NCBI RefSeq assembly: GCF_009914755.1
Contig: NC_060926.1
Length of the DNA: 64,000 bases
DNA from: the human T2T-CHM13v2.0 reference genome, Homo sapiens
Direction: 5' to 3' (one strand)
Each line of letters opens with the position of its first letter. Within the stretch, counting starts at the first letter, position 1. Below the pieces are notes generated by a model. That model was not told the DNA's origin, ran no database searches, and saw only the letters and a program-made list of their open reading frames with translations. The position numbers and the translations under genes are program-made. Positions 1 to 13,865 of the stretch are shown here, piece by piece.

Positions 1-3000
1 CCAACACTTGTTATTTTCTGATTATTTTGACAGTGGCCATCTTAACTGGTGTGAGGTGATATCTTACTGTGGATTTGATTTGCATTTCCCTAATGATTAC
101 TGATGTTTAGCATCTTCTCATAGGCTTGTTGGCTATTTCTACATCTTCTTTGGAGAAATATCTATTCAAGTCTTTTGCCCATTTTTTAAATTGGGTTGCT
201 TTTCTTTTTCTTGTTGAGTTTTAGTAGTTTTTTATGCATTCTGGATATTTACCCCTTATAAGATATATAGTTGGCAAATATTTTCTCCTATTTCATAAGT
301 TACCTTTTCACTCTGTTGATTGTTTTATTTGCTGTGCAGAAGTTTTCAAGTTACATTAGTCCGATTTGTCTGTTTTTGCTATTGTTGCTTGTGCTTTCAG
401 TGTCAAATCCAAGAAATCATTGCCAAATCCGATGCCATGAAGATTTTTTCCTGTGTTTTCTTTTAGGAGTTTTATAGTTTTAGATCTTACATTTAGGTCT
501 TTAATCCATTTTAAGTTTTGTATATGGCATAAGGTAGGGGTTGAATTTCATTCTTTTGGATATAGATACACGGTTTTCCCAACATCATTCGCTGAAGAGA
601 CTGTCTTTTCTCTCTTATATAGCCTTGGTGCCTTTGTAGAAGATCATTTCATCATTGTCCTTTGAGATTCCATATGAATTTTAGGATTCTTTTTTTCTAT
701 TTCTACAAAAAATATGCCATTAGGATTTTGACAGTGATTGCGTTGAATTCATTGATTGATCTGGGTAGGGTAGATATTTTAACAATATTGTTTTGCAATC
801 CACAAACATGATGCATTTCCATTTGTTTGTGTCTTTGTTGATTTCTTTCAGCAACGTTTTATGGTTTTCAGTGTACAAGATTTTTGCCTCTTGGCTTCAG
901 CCTATTCCTAAGTATTCTTTTTGATACTATTGAAAATCATATTTTTTCTTAAATTGTTTTCAGGTTGTTTACTGTTAATATATAGAAATGCAACTGATTT
1001 TTGCATGTTGATTTTGTATTCTTCAACTTTGCTGAATATGTTTATTAGTTCCAACAGGTTTTCTTATAGGATCATTAGGGTGTTCTACATAAGATATCAT
1101 GCCATCTGTAAACATAGATAATTGTATTTAGTCCTTTTGTGTTTGGATTCTGTTTATATCTTTTTCCTGTCTGATTGCTCTGGCTAGGTATTCCAGTGCT
1201 ATGTTGAAGGGAAGTGACAAGAGTGGGTATTCTTGCCTTGCTTCTGATCTTAGAGGAAAAGTTTTCAGTTTTTCACCATTGGCATGATGTTGGCTGTAGG
1301 CTTTTCACATATGGCCTTTATTATGTGGATGTCATTCCCTTTTTATTTTCCTTTTGTGTTGAGTGTTTTTATGATGAAAGTTTTTGGAGTTTTGCAAAAT
1401 GCCTTTTCTGCATCAATTGAGATGATCACATGGTTTTTGCCCATCATTCTGTTAATGTAGTGTATAACATTGATTGATTTTCATATGTTGAACCATCCTC
1501 ACGTTCCAGGAATAAATTCCACTTAGTCATGATGTATAAACCTTCTAATGTGTTATGGATTTGGTTTGCTAGTATTTTGTTGAGGGATTTTGCATCAAGA
1601 GGCAGTGTTCTCCCACTTCCATTTTTCTGAAGAGTTTGAGAAGATTAGTTTGTCAATTTTGTTGGTCTTTTGAAAGAATGAGCTCAGTTCTGCTGACTTT
1701 TTTCTCTTCTGTATTTTATTAATCTCTGCTCTACCCTTTATTATTTCTTTCCTTTAGATAACTGTAGGTTTAGTTAGAGCTTCTTTTTCTAGTTACTTAA
1801 GGTGTAAATTTAGGTTGGTGATTTGAGATCTTTCTTCTCTTGTAAAGCAGGTGTTCCTGCTGAGAGATCCACTTATAATCTTATGGAAGTTCCCCTGTAT
1901 GTGATGAGTTACTTTTCTCTTGCTGCTTTTAAGACTCTCTTTTTGTCTTTGTCTTTTGACTTTATAATGTGTCTTAGTGTGGGCCTTTTTACATTCATCA
2001 ACATTATAGTTCCTTGAGCTTTTTGAATTTGGACAACAATTTTCTTTCTCAGATTTGGGAATTATTTCTTCAGATAAGCTCTCTGCCCCAGTCTCTCTCT
2101 TCTTCTGAAACTTTTATAATGTATATATTGCTCTGCTTGATGGTGTCTTATAAGTTCCTTAGGCTTTCAACACTTTTCTTTGTTCTTTTGTTGTTGTTAT
2201 TCTCTTGATAATTTCATGTGACCTTTGAAATTTCAATGTCTTTGAAGTCATTGATTCCTTCTTCTGCTTGATCAAGTCTACTTTCATCTGTTCTAGTGAA
2301 TTTTTCAATTCAGTTATTTTATTTGTCAGTTCCAGAATTTGTTTGGTTCTGTTTTACTAGGTTTTTAAAAAATCTATTTAATGATACTCTCAATTTGTTC
2401 ATGCATCATTTTTCTGATTTTGTTTAGTTTTCTATCTTCTCTTAAAAGCACATTGAGCTTCTTTAAGACGATTATTTTAAATTCTTTGTTAGCTACTTTC
2501 ACAGATCTTGTTGTTTCTTTAGGATTGGTTTTGGGAAATTGGCTTTATTCTTTTGAATTGGCCATGTTTTCTTATTTCTTTGTATGCCTTACGTTTTGTT
2601 GTGATTTTTGCATTTAAAACACAGCCACTTCTCCCAATCTTTGTGCACTGGTTTTGTATGGGGAAGATCTTCATAAATCAGCCTGCATAGAGATTCTAGT
2701 GGCCTCACAAGCCTTTTATGGGAATGTATCTTCCCTGAACTTGTGCATGTAATTTTATAGTGAGAGGTTTGCCAGTTTATTTTTCAGGAACTTGTCATCT
2801 CTTGCTCTCTCTGATGTCTGTCTGTAGTACTGCAGTTTCTCTGGTGCTGCCACAATTCACTGAGCTGCATTTTGTTCTCAGGCATCCAAAGCATCCCGGT
2901 TCCCTGTTAATGCTCCAAGTTAGGAGAGATAGAAACCAATCTCTCAGGCAGTGCCCTCCTCCCACCCCAAAAGCTGAAACTTGGACATACATTCCAATCT

Positions 3001-3265
3001 TCTTCTTTCCCCCAAGGGAGAAGCTGTACATTGGGGCTTTTCATTCAGATTATGAACTGTAACAGCTTAGGAGGAGCTTGCTTCTCCTTCCCATTTCAAT
3101 GGGGCTATTCTTGACCTTGTGTTTGCCTGGTGTACTTCAACTTTCTAACTGAATTCTACCATTGTCATAAAGGCTTTTTGAGCTGTGTATTGTTGTTAAG
3201 TCAGTGTTTCTGTTGGGGAGCAAGGTCTAGGCACCTTCCTCTGCCATCTTGCTGGCATTATTCCT
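1..3265 (-). mobile_element. Old L1M LINE, internally deleted (ORF2 remnants, then ORF1/5' region)
   Basis: T-rich antisense L1 ORF2-like text from 1 to about 1850 with jumps. ORF1/5'UTR-like text runs to gccatcttg at about 3243-3251, the L1M 5' end caagatggc on the minus strand. Confidence 0.85.
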
Positions 3266-3685
3266 AGTACTATTAAAAGTCATAACACCCAACTTTAAGG
3301 AATACACAAAGAATTTACAAATGAGAAAATGAAGTCACTCAAAGGACTCATGAAATGATGCTAAAATGTTAATTTTTTTCAAAATTGTTGTTTAAATTTA
3401 TTATAAAATATGAAGTAGCCACTCTATGTAGCATTCAAAGAAAATTTACTTAATAATAGGGAAGCAATAATAGATCTTTAAACCTAGAGTGGCCCTGGAA
3501 ATATGTCCCTCAGTCATTAAATTTTCAATGTTCAAATTCATTTTGTCTTCACTTTTTACCTCCTCCAACAAATCAGAAACTGTTTCTCCTAGTATAACCA
3601 TTATCTTGAGTAAAAACAACATTACCAGTCACCAGAGCAATACATTTTCCTGTCTCTCTTCCCTTTTACCCTCAGCCACTTATGA

Positions 3686-4040
<355 letters not shown>

Positions 4041-4485
4041 ATGGCCTTGTCACTTTTTACCTTACAAATATATTGGGAGAAATGTATTTCCTTTTTCTTT
4101 TTATCCTCCCTGTTTTCCCTTTCATTAGGCCCTCTCCACTACACCTTTTAGAAAACTCAGCTATGAATAATCACATGAACACATTAAAGTAATTCAGGCC
4201 TTCATTACCTCCTAAGTGAACTGTTGCTCTTCCTGGAAACTGGTCTCCCTGTACATGACTCCCCAGTGTGGGATTATTTTTCTACACTCACACCATGGCA
4301 ATTCATACCTCTGTGTTCTATATAAAATAGTGCCTCTACTCAAAGACATTTAAATGCCTTCCTTTGCATCTTTTGTTACTCATCCTTCAACTCCATCTCA
4401 TTTCCTCTTTGGATGCTACATAGTTCAGTTAGTTTCTTTTCTTCTGTGCTCCGATAGCATATCTCTGTTTATATTTTATTACAAT

Positions 4486-4646
4486 CACTTCTCAAACTGT
4501 GATTCACTGATCAGCAGTATCCATAGCCTGGAAGCTTGTGTGAAATGAGGAATCCCAGGTCCCACTCCAGACCTAGTGAACTACAATCTGCATTTTAAGG
4601 AGATCCTCAGGTGGTTCCTATACACATAAAAATTTGAGAAAGGCTT
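4486..4646. mobile_element. MER5-like hAT-Charlie MITE
   Basis: ttctcaaact...cccactccagaccta.tgaa...tctgcattttaa...aaatttgagaa, with short terminal inverted repeats. Confidence 0.7.
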
Positions 4647-5744
4647 TTATTGACCATATCATGTGAGGTTTGGATGTCTGCCTTTCACACTAAATGCTGC
4701 ATTTCTCTAGACAACAACCATTTATTTCATTTTTTACTTATTTAATACAGTGTCAGTTTATGCTAACCACTAAATGTATATTAAATAAGTGAAAGAGAAA
4801 ATGGAAACAGATGGTTTAGTGGTCACCTAAGTTGGAGTGACAAAGCCAGGATTCTATCGACATTTATGCTATGCCACTTACAAAATGTCTTTCCTTTCCA
4901 TTTCTGAACCTCCAAGATGATGGATGACACACTTATAGTCACAAGGCTATTTTAAGTGGCAAAGAGGACTCTAGAACACTAGAACACTAGTTTTTTTTCT
5001 TGACACTTAGTTGAAGATCTTCCCATTGTGTCATTTGGCCTCTATCTGTCAGAAGAACAAATGGGAAACACATTAATTGAACTTCTGTCCTCACAATGCA
5101 AGTCTCAAAGAGCATCTGCCATGATGAATGAAAATATGTTTGTAGTTCACAGTGTGCTTCAAGTCATTAGTACTGGATTAAAGTCCAGTAAGCCAGGATC
5201 AGTGAACATCTTTATGCCAAAGTTAAGGCAGATGCCCTAACTGAAAAACAAAAAGGAAAACAAAAACATAAGAAATAATTAGGAATATAATTAATCAATT
5301 TACCAATTTGATTTTCTCTATCTGGTGCAAAAATTTTCTTGTAGCATTAATTATATTTTATAGTACATTCATTTAAATATGTGATACATAATGATTACAA
5401 ATTTCCATTTTGAATAAGACATATTTATACCCCAAATGATTCTTTATTTATGTATTCCAAGTATGCTTGAATATTTTGGGCAGAAAACATACATGATGTT
5501 TTATAATTGCCACCAATATATCTTGCTTTTCTTTGTTTCAGTTTTGAAATAATTATCATGCCATAAGTGGCCTATTTACTCATTATTCCTTTATTTATGG
5601 GATATGTACTATGTACCAGGCACTGTGATATGCTATACCATCAGGAAATTCTACCTCTAAGAATCTTATGGGGAAGTCGGGGAGATAGCCAAAGAATCAA
5701 GTAGTTTACAATGAACTTTTACAAAGGGGTAAACAGCGGGTACT

Positions 5745-6065
5745 TACTATGGTCTGAAATTCATATGTTGAAATCCTAACCCAAGGTATTAGAAGGTGAA
5801 GTCTTTGGGAGGTGATTAGGTCATAAGAACAGAGCCCCCATGAATGGGATTAGTGCCCTTTTAATAGAGGCTCCAGAGGTAGCCTCGCCCCTAGCAACAA
5901 GGCACCATCTATGAACTAGAAAGTAAGCCTTCACAAGACACTGAATCTGCCAGTGCCTTTATCTTGGACTTCCTAGCCTCCAGAGCTGTGAGAAATAAAT
6001 TTCTGTTGTTTGTTAGTCACCCAGTTTATGGTGTTTTGTTATTGCAGCCTGAATGGACTAAGACA
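5745..6065 (+). mobile_element. MLT1A-type MaLR solo LTR inserted in an L2 remnant
   Basis: tactatggtctgaa...aataaatttctgttg...ggactaagaca. 5-bp TSD gtact at 5740-5744 and 6066-6070. L2-like flanks at about 5570-6430. Confidence 0.85.
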
Positions 6066-7316
6066 GTACTAAAGGGCATCTAGTAAGAAATAGGACCAGG
6101 CCCAAGTTTGGAGAACAGAAAAGCTTTTGCAATGATAACTATGAAGCAAGGTCTCAAAGAATGAGTAGAATTTAATATGACAAATTATGTAGAATAGGAT
6201 GTTCTAGGCAGAAGAAGAGAGCTGCATGTGTAAAGCCCTAAGCCAAGAGAAAGGATGAAAGTTTCAAGATAACTACAAGTAGTTCAGTAAGGGTGGAGCA
6301 GAGCTTTGCTGGTGCAAGGGAAAGAATGGTATGGAGAATGATAAGTTAAAGCCAGACAAGAAAGCAGGGTCAAGATCATGAGGGGTGCTGAATGTCCCAC
6401 AAAGGAATTTGGGCATCATTTTAAATAATAAGAGTAATATGTAATGCATTTCTAGTGCTTACTGTAGGCCCTGCATTGTTCAAAACTCATCTCACTTAGT
6501 TTTCACAACCACCATATGCTCCAGGTACTCTTACTACTCCCAATTTTTCAATAATAAAACATACTCTGAGAGCCACTGCAAGTGAAATCTTCTCTGAAGA
6601 TTTGAGCTTGGTTTGGCATTGGCTGCCAAAAGATGAAGCCAGGGAGATTCCCTGTAGGTATTTTCCTTGGGAACCATCACAGATCCACTGTGAAGAGGAA
6701 AGCCAGCCAGTTCTGGAGTGTCATCACCTTTTGCTCCAAGAATATTTGCAATCTTTCCCAAAGGAGGGAGAAAAGATTCTGTATTGGCTTAAAAGATTCT
6801 GTATTGGCTTAAAAAGGCTGAATCATTCTCAGAGGTGAGATCTAGGCTACTGAAGGAATGACTCAGAGGAGGTGAATTAAACAGAAAGTTCCCAAATTTC
6901 CTCATAGTAAACCTTGGAACCTAGTCTCTCATGAAAGGGTTTCTGTACCAAGAACCTACATCCTTGGGAAAGGTGTTTCCTGAGTTTGCTGTCTGCTAGT
7001 TTATACACTCTCTCTAGACAATCAATCTGTGCTGTAGTTCAGAAAGCAAAATGAGATGATGTAAAAAAAAAATTCTCACATTTCTGCTCACACAATGGAA
7101 AATTAGATGCAGAAGCACTACATTTAACCAACTTTGTTCAACAATCTTTAGTTACACCTGTTTTATACACACACACAAAACAAGTCATTGGAACATCAAA
7201 ATGTTAGCCCACTTGGTTCATTAGGAGTTTCATGATATTCGTGCAGTGGGTACTGCCAAGTCCTGGGCATATGGCTCCACCATGTGGATGAGACTCTGCA
7301 AATAATACTGACAATA

Positions 7317-7628
7317 TTTTTTTTTCTTTTTTTTAAGACAGAGTCTTGCTCTGTTGCCCAGGATGGAGTGCAATGGCCCAGTAATGGCTCACTGCAGCCT
7401 TGACAGCCCAAGCTCAAGTGATCCTCCCACCTCAGCCTCCTGAGTAGCTAGGACCGCAGGCATGCACCACCATGCCTGGCTAATTTTTAAATATTTATTT
7501 ATTTATTTATTGTAGGAACAGTGTCTCCCTGTTGCCCAGGTTGGTCTCGAACTCCTGGTCTCAAGTGATCCTCTCACTTCAGCCTTCCAAAATGCTGGGA
7601 TTTTAGGTATGAGCCACCATGTCCGGCT
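7317..7628 (-). mobile_element. AluJ-type SINE
   Basis: Poly-T head and two Alu arms; flanking repeat tgacaata on both sides. Confidence 0.9.
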
Positions 7629-7799
7629 GACAATAATTTTTAAAAAAGAATTTAAAGTTATAATAAAAATCAGAGATCATAGGTCAAACCCTTATTTTAT
7701 AAATGAAAAGAGTTAAAGCAATTATATGAACTAATTCACTCTTAATTCACCCATTCAATCATTTTAATTATTGAATAATGAGATTAATATGTTCAGTGG

Positions 7800-10700
7800 G
7801 TATTTGCTTTATTTTTGTCTACATATAATCTAAGCCCCTTTTCTACTTGGGAGCAATTTTGTTGTGTAAATGTGGTGGGGCAAAACCCCACTTCCCTCTA
7901 GGGAACGGGAAAGAACATTTAACCTCTCTTCTCACCCCATGAACTAAGATATAGGCATGTCTCTTAGTAAACCAACAGGATATTCAATGCAGGAATGTTG
8001 GATCTGTAGTAAGTGACATATTGGGATAGTTAGAGGTTGTTCTGGAGGAGGCAGTAAAACTTGACTAGGTCAAGTAGTCATAGTAGTGGTAGCTGTTCAT
8101 GCCAGCAGCAATGGTGAGGACCTAGTGGTGGCACTGCTAGTGACAATGTCCTATCAAGCTGTTACTGAGATATAAGTTTAGATACATTTTCTCTTCCCAC
8201 TCTCTAAGGCCCATTTCCTGAGCGTGGTTATTTAGCCTTCCTATGGACTGTCTGAGCCAACCTATATTCTTCCAGTGTAGTTCTTTTCTGGTTAGTAAAG
8301 CCAGAGTCTGTTTTTGTTGTGCAGCAAAAGACCCTCATTTAAACAGAAATTGTTACCAGTCGCTAGTTACAGCACAGAGCCTCAGTGAAATGGGCAGAAT
8401 CTAGGGTTTGTATCTGACCTTGTTGAGGCTGAAGGAATTTTAAATCCTAATCATTTTAGGGATGGAATTTAGATCTGCCTCATCCTAGCATGGAAAAGTG
8501 AAACAGCTAATTAAATTATTTCCTGTGGTCACCTGGAACAAATCCTACTACCCTGTAGTTGTCACATGCTGTGTGGTTGCCAAGACAGGCTGCGTGTAGA
8601 TGCCCCAGTCACCAGTCCTAGTCTTTGAGTCAGACCAGTTTAGGTACTAGATATGTGAATGAACAAGCTTTCAGATGCTTCCAGCCCACAGTCATTGAGT
8701 CATCCCCAGGCTTCGAGACTTCCTAACTGAGGTCACAGACATCATGGAGCAAAGATAAATTGTCTCCCACTCCAATTCCTTACCCACAGAATCCATGATT
8801 AGAATAAAGTGATTGTTTTAAAACACAAAGCTGTGGGTTAATTTTTTATGCAACAACAATAACTAGAACAGGAACCTACACCAATTCAGCTGTTAAGGCA
8901 CTGGTTAGACAGCCAGGCACTTGAAAATAGTGAACTCGGAGCATTGTGGAGGAAGTTTAGGGAAAGGGTATGCTGAAGGGGTATGACCCTTTATAGTGAG
9001 CCCAGAACGAGAATATATTTCTTGGAAAGTTATATTCACCACAAAGCCTCTAGTGTGAATAAGGTGACCCACTCAGTAGACATAGGTCACCCTTCTTTCT
9101 CAGAAAATTACAGTGGACTCAAGAACCACATGTTCATCATGGAAGGAATGAAGGTTATTCATGGTTTCAACAACATGGAGTTCTTACCAATGGTAATATG
9201 GCTACGGTCTTTACAAATGATCCATTTTTTTTTTTTTGCAGTTGCAAGATTTGATAGAGTGAAGTAGAGTGAAAACAGAGCTCCCATACAAAGGGAGGGG
9301 ACCCAAAGGGGGTTGCTGTTGCCGGCTTGAATGCCTGGGTTTATATCCCGATCATTGTCCCTCCCGCTGTGCTCTCAGGCAACAGGTGATTGGCTATTTC
9401 TTTACCTCCTGTTGTTGCCTAATTAGCATTTTAGTGAGCTCTCCTTACTATCTGATTGGTCATGTGTGAGTTAAGTTGTAAGCCCCGTGTTTAAAGATGG
9501 AAGCGGTCACCTTCCCAGCTAGGCTTAGGGATTCTTAGTCGGCCTAGGAAATCCAGCTAGTCCTGTCTCTCAGTCCCCCCTCTCAACAGGAAAACCCAAG
9601 TGCTTTTGGGGAGGTTGGCCGAAGACCGCTCTAACTGCTTCCTGTTGAACTGGGGCATAGTAGGGGTGGTGCAGTTGAGATTTCCTTGGGAGGGGTGCCT
9701 TCAATGTCATTAACATCAGAGCATGGGCTAGCAGGCCGGTCCAGGGGTCCACGGTAGATCTTAGTCATGGACTGCATCTGGGGCTCCATTTGAAGAACGA
9801 TTTGTAGTTTTACAGCTTTGATTCTGGAAGAGACAAACTTAACAAGGAGGTTAAAGATATAGGGATTGAAATGTATGGCCTGCAGTGCAGGGGATTATTT
9901 CTTTGGCACACTTCACAGGCCCTGACTATCTGCCTGATAGTTTTGAAAAGGCCTGGTCCAGTAAATAATAATTTGGCCATCTGATGGGTGCTATCAATGC
10001 CTAAGTGAAAGATTTGGTGAAGGGTTTTAAGTAATTTCCATTGGTTAGCTGCAGGCAAAAGTACTTTTCCTTCTTTGGTGGCTAGCCATCCTGAGGGGAG
10101 AAAACTGTGTCCTCATGAGGTTCCCCAATCTATTTCTCCTGCTGAGCATTGGGGCTTGGTTTCCTGGAGGGGATTACCCCATACTAGGGGTCCTTCTATA
10201 AGCATCTCTAATGGAGGGTCCTGCCTTGTGGCTCTTTTGGCTTCAATATCTGCTTGACAGTTCCCTTCTATTTCCCTTTCCCTTCCTTTCTGATGACCCC
10301 AGCAGTGTAAGACTGCCACCTCTTTAGGTTTCTGTACAGCCAATAATAATCTCCTAATGGCTTCCTGATGTTTGATAGGTGTTCCCTCGAAATTAAGAAT
10401 TCCCTTTCTCTCCATATTGCTGCATGGGCATGGAGGACTAGGTAAGCATACCTAGAGTCTGTATATATATTTACTCTTTTTCCTTCTCCTAATTCTAGTG
10501 CCCGAGTGAGGGCTATTAGTTTTGCCAGCTGAGCACTAGTTCCTGGAGTGAGGGGATTACTTTAAAGTATTCCATTATCACTGACCACTGCATACCCCGC
10601 TTTTTGAAGTCCTTTTTCTACAAAGGAACTTCCATCAGTATACAAGTTGAGGTCAGGATCAGTTAAGGGAAACACTAAAAGGTCCCCTCGAGTGGCATAG

Positions 10701-11850
10701 GTTTGAGCAATTACTTGTTGACAGTTATGTTCTATCTTTTCTTCATTGTCTGGAAGAAATGTGGCTGGGTTAAGAGTTGCACAAGTGTGCAGTCGCAGCA
10801 CTGGCCCTTCAAGTAACAGAGCCTGATGTTTAAGTAAATGGTTGTCTGATAGCTACAAGTCTCCTTTAGCAGTGAGTATGCCGTTCACATCATGAGATGT
10901 CCACACAGTAAGATCTCTTCCCTGTATTATTGTAACTCCATTTTCTAATAGCAGTAGACCATCATAAGTCCTTATAAGCATTATACCTAGAAGGACCAAA
11001 GAACTATTTGGTGTCAGGTTGTCCGGAGTGGGCAACTGCCATCTTTTAGGGAATAAGGAGTGAGTAGCAGAAATCTTTCCTTCTTGCAATAAATATTTAT
11101 TCTGGATTTTTTTTCTTTTATTGATCATTTTTCTCTGTCCTTGCTCTATCTATAGATTGTCTACCATATGCAAGGGCATGGTATCCCACACAAAGTTGCT
11201 TCAGTTTAAAGGAAATAACTTTATAGAGAAACAAAGCAATGAGCTAATGTTCAAGGGATTTGTGGGTATTGCATACTCCATGAAAACTCAGATGAGCTTC
11301 ATTCAGAGTCAATAGCTTGCAAATTTGAGGTACTGTCCTGCAGAATACAGTTTATGTTCTGAATAAGTGACTACCACATGGCATTCTTTTACCCCCTTAG
11401 CTAAAATATATGCGTCTGGAGTCCTAGGACTGGAAACTGGGATGCAAGCCTTTGAGATTACACTTATTGACACATTCTAATTGTCTGCTTTCTGTCCTTT
11501 TGATTTTGGACTCTGATAGCATAGCACCAAGAAAAGGGGAATTCTCTACCAAGAGACACAGTAATATTGCATTGATTTGGAAATTAAGGCTGTACGAGTT
11601 TGGAGTTTTAATGCCGTAAGTAAACAGGGAAATAAAAAGATTGTCACTGTTGTTAATGTGTTATTGTGTTTTCTTGTTCCTCTTGGGGGAAAGTAGAGTT
11701 ATTGCTATACTTGGGGATTGGGAGAAAGTGTCAACGAAATTATACTGCAACCTGATTCAGGAGGGCCACGAGGGGTTCAAATCCCTGACTCTGACCCAGT
11801 GAGATTCAAACTGAAGGCAAAGGAAGTGAAGTAGAGGAGGAGACTCACAA
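7800..11850 (+). mobile_element. Ancient ERVL-class element (LTR plus degenerate internal sequence), interrupted by an MLT1-like LTR and the HERV-W copy
   Basis: LTR-like end at about 8345 followed by gaaattgttaccag (ERVL internal start-like). ERVL pol-like remnants at 8870-9220 and 10940-11850. MLT1-like LTR 3' half at about 8550-8870. Recognised by eye. Confidence 0.5.
9229..10936 (-). mobile_element. HERV-W (HERV17/LTR17) processed pseudogene, 5'-truncated and internally deleted
   Basis: pol RNase H (LYTDGSSFVEKG) and integrase zinc-finger remnants at about 9888-10936; env TM tail at 9631-9864 (PYIFNLLVKFVSSRIKAVKLQIVLQMEPQMQS...GSS*); polypurine tract at about 9573-9584. LTR U3-R at 9238-9572 starts tgagagacaggactagctgg, has no U5 and ends in poly-A. 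Candidate TSD tccatttt at 9221-9228 and 10937-10944. Confidence 0.93.
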
Positions 11851-13865
11851 AGTTCCATTGAGGCCTCAGCTGAAAAACAAGCCCAGTAGTACACTACCTA
11901 TGTTCCTTTTGGTGTATTATACTCATACTGTGTTGCTTTGTTATTAATGGTTTCTGTCAATTTGTAATCAAGAGTTGACTGGTACAGTTTCCTAATTGGT
12001 TGTTGACTCATTTTTCTGGAAAATGATACAAAAAGCAGCAGACATCTAATTTTAAGTTCATATGTAACTGGAATCATATGAATTTGCATCCATTTTAACT
12101 AAATTACATTACATACAGCAATCATAGCTCTTGAATAATACTACATTTTAGGTAAGTGTGCATATAAAACATTACAAAATGGGTTTGATTGAAACATTTA
12201 ATCAAATAGTGATTTAAACCCTAATGGGACTCTCATTTCCTGGATTTTATAGTTATAGAGACTGTACCTGTGAAGTTATTGATTTTAGATAGTATTTTTC
12301 TGATTCAAAACATTTATGTCTCAGCTTAACATAAAATCTTTCATGTGCCAAACATAAAAATTACATTTCAACTAGTTTCTACCGTGAAATTGAACTCCTT
12401 TCTTAAATATTCTTTATAATAAAAGTAATGGAGTTTGGGAGGAGAACATTACTCTTTAGTATATTACATTCAGTACCTTATTATTGGGGGAAAGAGTGTC
12501 AAAGTTTAAGAATTAATCATTTTTGGAGACTCTATAACTCATTATGATATTTATATATTAAGAAATAAATACTGTGAGTTTAAAAAAATGATAACCAGCT
12601 ATGGGATGGAAATAAGCATTTTATATTAAAATTATTTGCCACATGACAGGAAAATGAATCCTTGAAGGATACAAGCTTTGGCTCATACAAAGAAGAAACT
12701 ATAATGATTTGGGGTTGAAGTCTTTCACAATAAATTGATAGTTATGTAAGAATAGTATTTTACTTTGTTTATAGAGCAATTTATCATAGAAAAGTGTTTA
12801 ATTAAGACTGTAAAATGATTTACCACTGACATTTTAAGCATTTCCAAACATTTCCACATAAATTAAACATGATGTAATTTAGTGGTAGATTAAGCAATGT
12901 TCCACTGTTGATTCATGTGGAAATCACAGAAGTTCACTGATTACTATCTTTCCAGTGTGTATTAATGTAGATGTCATAGGTATTTTCATGAGAATCACAC
13001 TTCAATGTGCCATTTTAAATATTGAAATAGAGTTTTCAAAATGTCATAATCTTTTGCAGATCCATAAACTGTTTGGAATTTAATTTATAAGTAAGTACTA
13101 TAGTATTAGGATTACTTCAAGTAAAGCCATATATTTAACTTAAGGCATATTTAATTATTTGTGTTTTTCAACAAATAAGTTATTTCTTGTTAAGAAGTAA
13201 TGTTTTTTATGGTTATTCATTTTTGATTCTAGCATAAAAATAATCTTGGCAATAGGCTGTTTCTTAATTCTGCTCTTTTGAGCTTCCTAATAATCACACA
13301 AATTATTCACTCTTGTTTTTAAATTCATATCCAGATATGCATCAAAAGGAACTTAAGGCAGGTTACTGATATTGTTTTTAATATAGAGAAATTCAAAATG
13401 TTTTGAATTGAGAGTATTTTTAAACAAGGTAAAGGAAAAAATAAGTATGGAAAAGTTAGATGGAGCCAGAAGTCGAGTTAACATCTAAAAAACATACACT
13501 TGCTAGTGATGAGCTGCAAATTTGGCTTCAGGCTCTCCAGCAGCCAGATATTCCTTAAATAGCTTGGGTCTGTCTTCTCACAGAAGCCAAAAATTTGTCT
13601 GAATGACCTTGAGGGTACTCAGCCTTGCTTAGTAAAGCATAAGATTACAAGTAGACCTTGCTTCACACAAGAGATTTGTTACCAAGAAACTGTGTGGAAA
13701 TGGAAATTTTGCACATGGAATCATATTATAAATGCACTAATGAAGGAATCATAAATGGCTCCTTTCAAAGAAAACCTACAAGTACTCCCTGTGTAACATG
13801 GAACTAATAAACTTACTTCTGTTATGCATTTAGCATTTTTAATGTTGGATTTTCTGAAGAGTCAG

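Noticed and set aside
6534-6838. Overlapping ORFs in apparently unique sequence as a novel micro-gene
   Set aside because: No recognisable domain or convincing exon structure. It cannot be supported without conservation or expression data.
9810-11128. Retroviral pol ORFs as active enzymes
   Set aside because: They are fragmented by stops and frameshifts, RT is truncated and the integrase core is deleted. The 10853..11128 ORF is a chance fusion across the insertion boundary.
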